Source of the DNA: a virus
Taxonomy: Duplodnaviria; Caudoviricetes
IMG/VR virus record: IMGVR_UViG_3300027782_000030
Span: 128,001 to 192,000 of that record
Reading direction: 5' to 3' (one strand)
DNA: 64,000 nucleotides
Below, in pieces: positions 44,727-52,643 of this stretch. The position numbers and the translations under genes are program-made. Each line of letters starts with the position of its first letter. Within the stretch, counting starts at the first letter, position 1. The notes beneath the pieces are model-generated. The model was not told where the DNA came from and did not search any database. It worked only from the letters and a program-made list of their open reading frames with translations.

Positions 44727-45011
44727 ATGGTAACGATTCAGGACATCAATTCTACTATTATCGCAGGTTTGTTCACAAACGAACAACTGGATTCCATTGC
44801 AATGGCAATCAAGTTTGCCCGCAATCAACTAGCCGCAAAGGCAAAGTTTACCTTGGTTAAGGGTACTAATGTCAAGTTTACATCTAGCCGTACCGGTCAA
44901 ACTGTGCTTGGTACAGTTGAAAAGGTAAATCGAAAGTTCATAATTGTGCGTGAGAATGGCAAGGCATTCGGTACTTGGCGTGTCCCTGCTAATATGCTTG
45001 AAGCCGCTTAA
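44727..45011 (+). CDS. Hypothetical early protein (possibly SH3/KOW-like)
   Basis: ATG at 44727 after GGAG, with a beta-rich C-terminal half. Confidence 0.65.
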   Translation: MVTIQDINSTIIAGLFTNEQLDSIAMAIKFARNQLAAKAKFTLVKGTNVKFTSSRTGQTVLGTVEKVNRKFIIVRENGKAFGTWRVPANMLEAA

Positions 45012-45027
45012 TTGTTCAACCCAAAAT

Positions 45028-45081
45028 TTGACAATAATTGGGCTTGTCTGTATAATAGATTCATACACTGAGAAAACGGAG
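45028..45081 (+). promoter_or_regulatory. Early promoter plus conserved leader/SD cassette
   Basis: TTGACA-17-TATAAT followed by AGATTCATACACTGAGAAAACGGAG. Confidence 0.9.
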
Positions 45082-45087
45082 AAACAA

Positions 45088-45501
45088 ATGGCTTATATCA
45101 ATCAGGAACGTAAAGCGAAATTGGCCCCCACAATCAAGGCAATCTTGACCAAGTATGGTGTCAAGGGTTCGCTAAGTGTTCGTAATCACAGCACACTGGT
45201 TCTGACCCTGAAGTCGGGAAAAATTGATTTCATCGGCAGCAGTAACCGAGTTTGCGGTAATGATTTTTACCAAGTTTCTCGTGGTTTCAAGCCGAACACC
45301 TCGGGCTACTGTGATGTTAACCCGTACTGGTACAAGGATCACTATGACGGCGTTGCACTGTCTTTCCTCAAGGAAGTGATTGTAGCCATGAACGATGGTA
45401 ACCACGACAATTCGGATATTCAATCCGACTATTTTGATGTGGGCTGGTATATTGATGTTAACGTTGGTAAGTGGGATAAGCCTTACACTGTTGAAGCCTA
45501 A
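45088..45501 (+). CDS. Hypothetical early protein
   Basis: MAYINQERKAK...DNSDIQSDYFDVGWY, starting at the ATG 45088 after GGAG. Confidence 0.75.
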   Translation: MAYINQERKAKLAPTIKAILTKYGVKGSLSVRNHSTLVLTLKSGKIDFIGSSNRVCGNDFYQVSRGFKPNTSGYCDVNPYWYKDHYDGVALSFLKEVIVAMNDGNHDNSDIQSDYFDVGWYIDVNVGKWDKPYTVEA

Positions 45502-45523
45502 TCAGGCATACAAGGAGAACACC

Positions 45524-45742
45524 GTGGGTTACAAAGTTTTGGCAGACAAATTTCAGATGGACGAGATGCGTACCAAATATGGTCCTCGCAAGGGACTTGA
45601 GGGACCATTCAACTTCTCGGGTCGGGTGTTGTACTATGACACCAAAGAGGGTCAGTATTACGACCCCAAGACCGACTTCTACGTGGAACAGGCCGAAATG
45701 GATCTGATTCACGCCCGTATCACTGATATCCTGAAAGCCTAA
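45524..45742 (+). CDS. Hypothetical early protein
   Basis: GTG at 45524 after AAGGAG. Contains GPRKGLEGPF...YYDPKTDFY. Confidence 0.7.
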   Translation: MGYKVLADKFQMDEMRTKYGPRKGLEGPFNFSGRVLYYDTKEGQYYDPKTDFYVEQAEMDLIHARITDILKA

Positions 45743-45743
45743 T

Positions 45744-45944
45744 ATGTATAATTTATTGTACATTGTAAATTTTGTGTTTATGGGCACTTACGCCGATTTG
45801 CCCTCATGCCAAAACGCACTATATGAAATTTACGCTACTAAGATGAATATCCCTGGACAGCGGAATCCTGAATTGGATAAGGTTATCCAAAGCCAGTTGA
45901 AATTGGATAGAAGTTTCGTGTGCGTTCCAGTGAAGAAAGGTTAA
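45744..45944 (+). CDS. Hypothetical protein
   Basis: 66 aa. Confidence 0.6.
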   Translation: MYNLLYIVNFVFMGTYADLPSCQNALYEIYATKMNIPGQRNPELDKVIQSQLKLDRSFVCVPVKKG

Positions 45945-45945
45945 T

Positions 45946-46122
45946 ATGGAGTTATATATGAAAGCCGCTTTTTATGTACGATGTGCCGAGTGTCAGGATC
46001 GTCATTATGTAGATGAGGTTGAATTCCTCAATGTTGAAGAAGATTACATGGGCCGAGACATTATGCATTTTGTCTGCCCTAAAACATTGAATGAATCTAA
46101 ATCTTTAGTGTATAAAGAATGA
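45946..46122 (+). CDS. 58-aa hypothetical protein with a CxxC motif, missed by the ORF track
   Basis: MELYMKAAFYVRCAECQDRH...FVCPK. Confidence 0.55.
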   Translation: MELYMKAAFYVRCAECQDRHYVDEVEFLNVEEDYMGRDIMHFVCPKTLNESKSLVYKE

Positions 46123-46188
46123 ACTGCTAATTTAGCGAATTAGCAAAATCGATTTCCACGTAAAATTCCTAGATCATTTTGGAGTTTA

Positions 46189-46653
46189 ATGATGCCTACT
46201 CATTGTTATGAAAATCGCCCTTACTGCATAAATGTTGGTTGCTACAATCTTGCCCATTTGGTACAAGATTATTACAATGGTTGGGCTAACTACCGTAAGG
46301 TCTGTGGTGCCTGTCACAGTAAGGAGGTCGCAGCCAAACACGGCTTAAAAAGCATGGTTCAGGTCCTTGCTAAGAAGCAAGGCAAGACTGTTACTCAGTA
46401 TACCAATCAATTCCATCCTTATCTGCGTTATCGCAAGACCTACTGCGAGAACAATGACAGCCGTTTGGGTTTCCGCTGTACCACTAATATATTCTGGGAC
46501 GGTATGTTGGATGTAGACCATATCAATGGTGATCCTTCAGACAATAGGCCGTGTAATCTACAAACTTTGTGTAAATGTTGTCATGCATATAAAACTAGTA
46601 AGTATAAAGATTATGATACACCAGGTCGAAAAGCATTAGGATTGGTGTATTAA
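46189..46653 (+). CDS. HNH endonuclease
   Basis: LDVDHINGDPSDNRPCNLQTLCKCCHAYKT, with N-terminal Cys motifs. Confidence 0.85.
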   Translation: MMPTHCYENRPYCINVGCYNLAHLVQDYYNGWANYRKVCGACHSKEVAAKHGLKSMVQVLAKKQGKTVTQYTNQFHPYLRYRKTYCENNDSRLGFRCTTNIFWDGMLDVDHINGDPSDNRPCNLQTLCKCCHAYKTSKYKDYDTPGRKALGLVY

Positions 46654-46674
46654 ACAACATTTTGGAGTTGAACA

Positions 46675-46791
46675 ATGAGGTTTAGCCTTACGGAACTTTT
46701 CTCTTGGATGCCGGTTCTGATCGCCGGCTTCATGGTATTTTTTGTAGTCTGTGCAGGTGTTGCGAAAATCATACAACTGTTCACAGGTTGA
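46675..46791 (+). CDS. 38-aa membrane peptide
   Basis: MRFSLTELFSWMPVLIAGFMVFFVVCAGVAKIIQLFTG, with a GGAG SD. Confidence 0.5.
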   Translation: MRFSLTELFSWMPVLIAGFMVFFVVCAGVAKIIQLFTG

Positions 46792-46816
46792 CAATAATTG
46801 GACCTTATAGTATACT
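46788..46816 (+). promoter_or_regulatory. Early sigma70 promoter
   Basis: TTGACA-17-TATACT. Confidence 0.85.
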
Positions 46817-46844
46817 GTATATATTGACTTAAAAGGAAACTGAA

Positions 46845-47006
46845 ATGAATATTAACACTGTTACCGATCTCATCATGGTTGTTGGCCTTGGATTTACCCT
46901 GTTCCAAATGGGCAGGTGCTATGAGATTTTGGTAGAAATGCGTAAGAGCAACGAGGAACACCAGCGTAAGATGGCTGAAATTAGTATCCCTAAGCTGGGC
47001 TATTGA
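46845..47006 (+). CDS. 53-aa membrane-anchored peptide
   Basis: MNINTVTDLIMVVGLGFTLFQMG..., with an AAGGA SD. Confidence 0.55.
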   Translation: MNINTVTDLIMVVGLGFTLFQMGRCYEILVEMRKSNEEHQRKMAEISIPKLGY

Positions 47007-47007
47007 T

Positions 47008-47061
47008 TTGACAATAAATGGGTTTGTGTGTATAATAGATTCATACACTGAGAAAACGGAG
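47008..47061 (+). promoter_or_regulatory. Early promoter plus conserved leader/SD cassette
   Basis: TTGACA-17-TATAAT followed by AGATTCATACACTGAGAAAACGGAG. Confidence 0.9.
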
Positions 47062-47067
47062 CAATAA

Positions 47068-48102
47068 GTGGCACAAGTTCTTATCAAATACGGCGAGTAT
47101 CGCAATCTTCCCGTGATCAATACCCGATTCACCCTTGTCAAAGACTATCAGCAAGGCAAGAAAGGTGCTTACATCACCGTTAAGAACGATGGACAATTTC
47201 CAATCGCTATTAGCGTGGTGAAAGTTAAAGTAAATAACGTTATGAATGTAGAATATCTTGATGGAGAACCTGTGATGGCACAGACTGTAGAATTTAAAGC
47301 ACTAAAAACCCCCGCGGTAGAGACCGAGCAAGAGGCAATGGATCGCATTGCTACCCGTTTTCAAATCCTCGATGACATGTCCAAGGCATGTATCAACGGC
47401 GATATCCGTGCAATGATTGTGTCAGGTCCTCCGGGAGTTGGTAAATCGTTTGGTGTTGAGACACAATTGGAAAAGGCTGCAATGTTTGACAAAATTGCAG
47501 GCAAGCGGGTTCGCTTTGAAATTGTCAAGGGTGCAATGACCCCGATTGGACTGTACTGCACACTGTACAAGTACTCTGATCCAAAGAACGTTTTGGTATT
47601 TGACGATTGCGATTCGGTCTTTCAAGATGACTTGGCTCTTAACATTCTCAAGGCTGCCCTTGACAGTGGTAAGCGTCGGCGCATTTGCTGGAACTCAGAT
47701 AGCTCTATGCTTCGCCGTGAAGGAGTGCCCGAGGCGTTTGAATTCAAAGGTTCGGCAATCTTTATTACTAACTTGAAGTTTGAGAACCTCAAGTCTAAGA
47801 AACTGCAGGATCACCTCGAGGCTTTGCAGAGTCGTTGTCACTTTCTTGACCTGACGATTGACACGGAGCGTGATAAGATTCTTCGTATCAAGCAGGTTCA
47901 TCGTGATTGCGACGGTGGTTTGTTCCGTGACTATGATTTTGACGCTGACGAGGGTGAGCAGATCCTCAACTTCATGGAAGCAAACAAATCCAAACTCCGT
48001 GAGTTGTCGCTACGCATGGCACTAAAGATTGCGGATCTGACTAAAGTGTCTCCGACTAACTGGCGTGTCCTTGCTGAAAGCACGGTGATGAAACGCGGTT
48101 AA
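47068..48102 (+). CDS. AAA-family P-loop ATPase
   Basis: GPPGVGKS, VFDDCD, FITN and ALQSR. Confidence 0.85.
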   Translation: MAQVLIKYGEYRNLPVINTRFTLVKDYQQGKKGAYITVKNDGQFPIAISVVKVKVNNVMNVEYLDGEPVMAQTVEFKALKTPAVETEQEAMDRIATRFQILDDMSKACINGDIRAMIVSGPPGVGKSFGVETQLEKAAMFDKIAGKRVRFEIVKGAMTPIGLYCTLYKYSDPKNVLVFDDCDSVFQDDLALNILKAALDSGKRRRICWNSDSSMLRREGVPEAFEFKGSAIFITNLKFENLKSKKLQDHLEALQSRCHFLDLTIDTERDKILRIKQVHRDCDGGLFRDYDFDADEGEQILNFMEANKSKLRELSLRMALKIADLTKVSPTNWRVLAESTVMKRG

Positions 48103-48120
48103 TAAATGTTCCTGGTTTTC

Positions 48121-48144
48121 AGGGGGAGAAATCCCCCTTTTTTT
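48121..48144 (+). terminator. Rho-independent terminator
   Basis: AGGGGG-AGAAAT-CCCCCT followed by a T run. Confidence 0.8.
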
Positions 48145-48154
48145 GCCTTTTAAC

Positions 48155-48183
48155 TTGATTAATTTTTTGGAATAGCGTATACT
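48155..48183 (+). promoter_or_regulatory. sigma70-type promoter
   Basis: TTGATT-17-TATACT. Confidence 0.6.
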
Positions 48184-48189
48184 TGTAGG

Positions 48190-49206
48190 ATGATAAAAGT
48201 AACTACCAAGGAAGAACTACTATATTTTATGCAATGCGGAATGATGCGGTTAAGTATGAACGACCTTAGGTTCGTACATAATATGCATATGATTTCCTGT
48301 ATTAGAGATAAGGCATTAACTTCAAACCAAATTAAACTGTTTAATCTATTAACAAAGAAATATAAAAAACAATTGGATAAACATAAAATAACGCAGGGTA
48401 TGATTGAACACATGCCATGGGCTACTAAAATTATTTCCAGTACTCCTGAATTTACCAATGCTCAAATTACGATAGAAAATAATCATATCTATTTTAGAGC
48501 ACCGTTCAATAAACATTTCTTGGTAGGATTAAGGAAAGATAATTTAGTTAATACATTTGTATGGAATAAAGATTTAAAAAGATACGAATCACCTTTTAGT
48601 ACCCATGCATTAAAGGTGATAGTATCGGTTTCGCAGGAACATTACAAAGCCATTACTCATTGCGAAGTGACCAATAATTTGTTAAATACAGTTAAGCAAT
48701 ATGACGCATCGTATTGGGAACCTACTCTTGTTCCATTTAATGATCGTTATATAATAGCCGCATCTAATTCTTTTTTAGATGAAGCGATTAAAGATATTGA
48801 ATTGTCTAACGATATTAAATGTCTATCTCAATTAACCGAGCTTGGTGTAAAAATAGATAACAAGATTATTAATGGCAATGAGAAATTAAAATTTGCTAGT
48901 GAATATGAACCTACAATTGACTTTATAAATTTTGATTTAGTAGGACAATGGTTACAGGAATTAGAATGTGACACTGTGTGTTATGCGGGCACAGCAAACA
49001 AAAACTTCATGTATATTACAGAAACTATAGATAGAATATTAAGAAATCTAAACATTCAACTTAGATTATATTCTGCCAATTCAGAACGATCAAAATCAAA
49101 AAGTGTATTATTAATACTAAGTAGTAATTCGCCAACAATGTTGTACAACTATCAATTTAGGAAAATTATTAGAATGAAAAATTCAACTCCAATCACAATT
49201 AAATGA
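48190..49206 (+). CDS. Hypothetical protein
   Basis: 338-aa ORF coupled to uvsW. Confidence 0.7.
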   Translation: MIKVTTKEELLYFMQCGMMRLSMNDLRFVHNMHMISCIRDKALTSNQIKLFNLLTKKYKKQLDKHKITQGMIEHMPWATKIISSTPEFTNAQITIENNHIYFRAPFNKHFLVGLRKDNLVNTFVWNKDLKRYESPFSTHALKVIVSVSQEHYKAITHCEVTNNLLNTVKQYDASYWEPTLVPFNDRYIIAASNSFLDEAIKDIELSNDIKCLSQLTELGVKIDNKIINGNEKLKFASEYEPTIDFINFDLVGQWLQELECDTVCYAGTANKNFMYITETIDRILRNLNIQLRLYSANSERSKSKSVLLILSSNSPTMLYNYQFRKIIRMKNSTPITIK

Positions 49207-50660
49207 AAAAATGTAAAATTATAATTAAGGACGAGGTTAATGTTAAACTGGAAGGACTAGAATTGTCCGACCGTAAAACATTAATGAAGATGTTTGAATA
49301 TGAAGATCCTTCTGCTAGATTTAGACCATCATATAAACTTGGCAGATGGAATGGTAAAATTTCATTTTTTAGTTTAGGTGGAACAACTTATATTAATCTA
49401 CTACCTGAAATTCTTCCTTTATTGGATCGTGCAGGATATGACATTGAATTAGAAGATAACAGGGAATACACTACTACCTTTGCTTTCAACAAAGTAGCCG
49501 AAAACGCATTTGAAACGCATAAATGGCCAACTGGACATCCTAAAGTCGGTGAATCAATTATGTTGCGTGATTATCAAGTAGAGATTATTAATAACTTTTT
49601 ATCCAATCCACAAAGTATTCAAGAGGTAGCAACAGGCGCAGGTAAAACTATTACTACAGCCGCACTAAGTTATAGCGTACAAGACTATGGACGTAGCATT
49701 GTAATCGTACCTAACAAAAGCCTAGTAGTACAAACGGAAGCGGATTATAGAAATTTAGGATTGGATGTAGGGGTTTACTTTGGTGACCGAAAAGAAATAG
49801 GTAAACAACATACAATCTGTACTTGGCAAAGCCTTAATAATATGCTTAAAGCAACTAAGGCAGGTGAAGCGGATATTACTATCGGTGAATTCATTGAGGG
49901 TGTAGTTTGTGTAATGGTTGATGAGGTCCATAGTGCCAAGGCAGATGGACTTAAGGCATTGCTAACAGGTCCAATGGCATGTGTTCCAATTCGTTGGGGA
50001 CTAACTGGTACTATACCTAAAGCCAAACATGAAGCGCAATCATTATTCGTTAGTTTAGGTAATGTTATTGGCAAACTAACAGCCAGTGAATTACAAGATA
50101 AAGGTGTATTAGCAAGATGCCATGTTAATATTGTACAATTGCAGGATGAAGTAGAGTTTACTAATTATCAAAGTGAACTTAAACATTTGCTAGAAGATAA
50201 AAATAGACTTGATACTATTGCTCAATTAATTTTAAAAGTTAAAGAAACTGGTAATACTCTAGTGTTAGTTGATAGAGTAAATGCAGGAAAAGAATTAATT
50301 GAACGATTACCTAATAGTGTATTTGTAAGTGGCGAAACCAAACTAACGGAAAGAAAGGAAGAGTATGATGAAGTGGCAACTGCTACTGACAAGATTATTG
50401 TGGCGACTTATGGTGTGGCCAGTGTGGGTATTAATATTCCTAGGATTTTTAATTTGGTTCTTTTGGAGCCCGGAAAAAGCTTTGTTAGGGTTATACAATC
50501 TATTGGACGCGGAATCAGAAAGGCTGAAGACAAGGACTTCGTACAAATTTGGGACATAACTAGTAGTTGTAAATTTGCCAAAAAACATTTAACGCAAAGA
50601 AAGGTCTTTTATAAAGAAGCCGCATATCCATTTGATATTGAAAAACTTAAGTATAGGTGA
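49203..50660 (+). CDS. uvsW: SF2 DNA helicase UvsW
   Basis: LRDYQ, ATGAGKT, VDEVH, GLTGT and QSIGRGIR. Confidence 0.92.
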   Translation: MKKCKIIIKDEVNVKLEGLELSDRKTLMKMFEYEDPSARFRPSYKLGRWNGKISFFSLGGTTYINLLPEILPLLDRAGYDIELEDNREYTTTFAFNKVAENAFETHKWPTGHPKVGESIMLRDYQVEIINNFLSNPQSIQEVATGAGKTITTAALSYSVQDYGRSIVIVPNKSLVVQTEADYRNLGLDVGVYFGDRKEIGKQHTICTWQSLNNMLKATKAGEADITIGEFIEGVVCVMVDEVHSAKADGLKALLTGPMACVPIRWGLTGTIPKAKHEAQSLFVSLGNVIGKLTASELQDKGVLARCHVNIVQLQDEVEFTNYQSELKHLLEDKNRLDTIAQLILKVKETGNTLVLVDRVNAGKELIERLPNSVFVSGETKLTERKEEYDEVATATDKIIVATYGVASVGINIPRIFNLVLLEPGKSFVRVIQSIGRGIRKAEDKDFVQIWDITSSCKFAKKHLTQRKVFYKEAAYPFDIEKLKYR

Positions 50661-50672
50661 TATAGTATTACC

Positions 50673-51173
50673 ATGAACATATTATTACTAGACAACATTA
50701 AATATAATTTAGAAAATCTACCCGATGAAGTAGATGACTTTAGGTTTGCTATCTTAGATAATAGTAACCCTAGCAATGTAGATTACCATTATATCCCTCT
50801 TATCTTTTTGGAATCATTTAGTGCTCCTGCACTAGTCTTACAGATAGGTAACCATACAATTAAAATGCCCGTAGATTGGCAAATCTTAATTGGAGAAAAG
50901 GATCATGGTGATTTGGAAACTCTACCATTGACTAGTGTCAATGATAGGGGATTTTCAGCATTTGAATTTAATCCATTGACTTCATTTAGACCATCATTTC
51001 AACCAATTGAAATCGTAGATGTTTATCATGATGTAACTTGGTATGCGCCTAGGTTAAAGAACGGGCAGTTTCTTTGTGTACCTATTGAAGACTGTGAGAA
51101 ACCCATGTGCGTTTATTTTGTAAAAGAAATTAGTAGGAATTGTGAAATAGTAGACTATAATCAATCATTCTAA
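50673..51173 (+). CDS. Hypothetical beta-rich protein (possible degenerate Hint-like fold)
   Basis: 166 aa. The fold guess is inference only. Confidence 0.6.
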   Translation: MNILLLDNIKYNLENLPDEVDDFRFAILDNSNPSNVDYHYIPLIFLESFSAPALVLQIGNHTIKMPVDWQILIGEKDHGDLETLPLTSVNDRGFSAFEFNPLTSFRPSFQPIEIVDVYHDVTWYAPRLKNGQFLCVPIEDCEKPMCVYFVKEISRNCEIVDYNQSF

Positions 51174-51763
51174 TGAAAAAAGCCGATATACCTATTGATG
51201 AGAAATTTGAAAATCAAGACTTTGATTTGTTTAATGCGTTAGCCGCATTAGATAAAAAAGACTATGGTTATTATGATAGACTTACACAGGAACAACAACG
51301 GAAGTTTGTTCCGTATATGATGTTGATGTGGATGAGTGCGGTTAAAGGTAATAAAGACTTACAAAACTATTATGTTAGTAGCACTGATTATTATGCCAAC
51401 AAACATATGTTTAATGAAAATGTTCAAAAGCATCCTAAATTACAATGGCTAATGCTTTGTGCGGCTAGTCCAGGTATTGGTAAACAGTTTCATCAATGGA
51501 TTCCTAATATCAGTTCTAATATTAGCAAATTAAAAACGGCAGCAAAAGTAAAAGACATTAAAGACTACTACGCAAAAATATATCCTAAATTAAATAAAGA
51601 TGATTTACAGGAAATGGCTACTGAGTTTGTAGAAAATCAAAAAAGAAAAATGTATCTTAGTCAAGTATATCCTAATATTAAAATTGAAGATGTAGAGGTA
51701 TTGAATCAGTTAATAACAGATATGGATATTGAGCAGTATGAAAAAGACAGAGGAAACGATTAA
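51173..51763 (+). CDS. Probable clamp-loader small subunit (T4 gp62-like)
   Basis: FVPYMM..W, LQWLMLCAASPG..QFHQWI and size, in a replication-gene context. Confidence 0.55.
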   Translation: MKKADIPIDEKFENQDFDLFNALAALDKKDYGYYDRLTQEQQRKFVPYMMLMWMSAVKGNKDLQNYYVSSTDYYANKHMFNENVQKHPKLQWLMLCAASPGIGKQFHQWIPNISSNISKLKTAAKVKDIKDYYAKIYPKLNKDDLQEMATEFVENQKRKMYLSQVYPNIKIEDVEVLNQLITDMDIEQYEKDRGND

Positions 51764-52439
51764 TACTAAATTTGGCTGTGAATTTTGTAAACGGGAGTTT
51801 ATTCGTGAATCCACGGTATTAAAACATATATGTGAATATAAACATCGTTGGTTAGAAAAAGACAAGCAAAGTAATAGATTAGGTTTTCAGGCTTGGTTAG
51901 AATTCTACAAGAAAAATAGCGCATCTAAAAAATATAAAACCTACGAAGAATTTATTCGTAATCCTTATTACACAGCCTTCGCAAAGTTTGGTTTATATTG
52001 TACTGAAGTAAATGTTATCAATGTAAGTAGATACCTAGATTGGTTATTAAAAGACCAAATTAAAATTGATGAATGGTGTCATGATTCTGTTTATACTAGG
52101 TTCTTAATAGAATATTTGCGTAGTGAAGATCCATTTGATGCTATTCATAGAAGTGTAGAAACTACTATGAAATTTGCCGAGTTGGAAAGAATCCAACATA
52201 AGGATTACCTAAGATATGGCAACAAAAACAAAATCTGCTATGCTGTAACCAAAGGTAAAATCAGCCCATGGATGTTGTACCAAAGTGAGTCAGGTGTCCA
52301 TTTTCTAGATACAATAAATCCAGACCATGTTAAACTTATCATTGATTACATAAGTCCCGAGCAGTGGACATTACGATTTAGGCGTGATCCAAAAGTAGTT
52401 GGTGATATTAAGGACTTACTAAATGCGATCGGTTTATAA
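51729..52439 (+). CDS. Hypothetical protein with an N-terminal Zn-finger-like motif
   Basis: CEFCKREF...KHICE. Confidence 0.65.
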   Translation: MSSMKKTEETINTKFGCEFCKREFIRESTVLKHICEYKHRWLEKDKQSNRLGFQAWLEFYKKNSASKKYKTYEEFIRNPYYTAFAKFGLYCTEVNVINVSRYLDWLLKDQIKIDEWCHDSVYTRFLIEYLRSEDPFDAIHRSVETTMKFAELERIQHKDYLRYGNKNKICYAVTKGKISPWMLYQSESGVHFLDTINPDHVKLIIDYISPEQWTLRFRRDPKVVGDIKDLLNAIGL

Positions 52440-52626
52440 ATTTAAGGTTCGTATTCCGTGGCGTAAGAATATGACTGTCACCGATTGGGATCAAGTTTGT
52501 ATTTGGGCGCTTGAAAATTATGGTACGCCGGGCTCTAAATATGTAACCACACTGACGCAAGATTATATGGATTTTTGTTTTCTTGATAGTAAAGATGCGA
52601 TTCACTTTTCCCTACGCTGGGAATAA
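52423..52626 (+). CDS. Small F-x-L-x-W family protein
   Basis: Ends DAIHFSLRWE. Confidence 0.7.
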   Translation: MRSVYKFKVRIPWRKNMTVTDWDQVCIWALENYGTPGSKYVTTLTQDYMDFCFLDSKDAIHFSLRWE

Positions 52627-52643
52627 TTCTTAAGGGATATGAT

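Noticed and set aside
44944-45087. 5' extensions in the ORF track (44944, 44676, 45395, 28258, 57140, 55286, 55569)
   Set aside because: They run through promoters or upstream genes. Downstream starts with an SD or a stop-start overlap fit better.
43926-47061. CRISPR-like reading of the roughly 30-nt repeats
   Set aside because: They are promoter and leader sequences separated by whole genes at irregular spacing.
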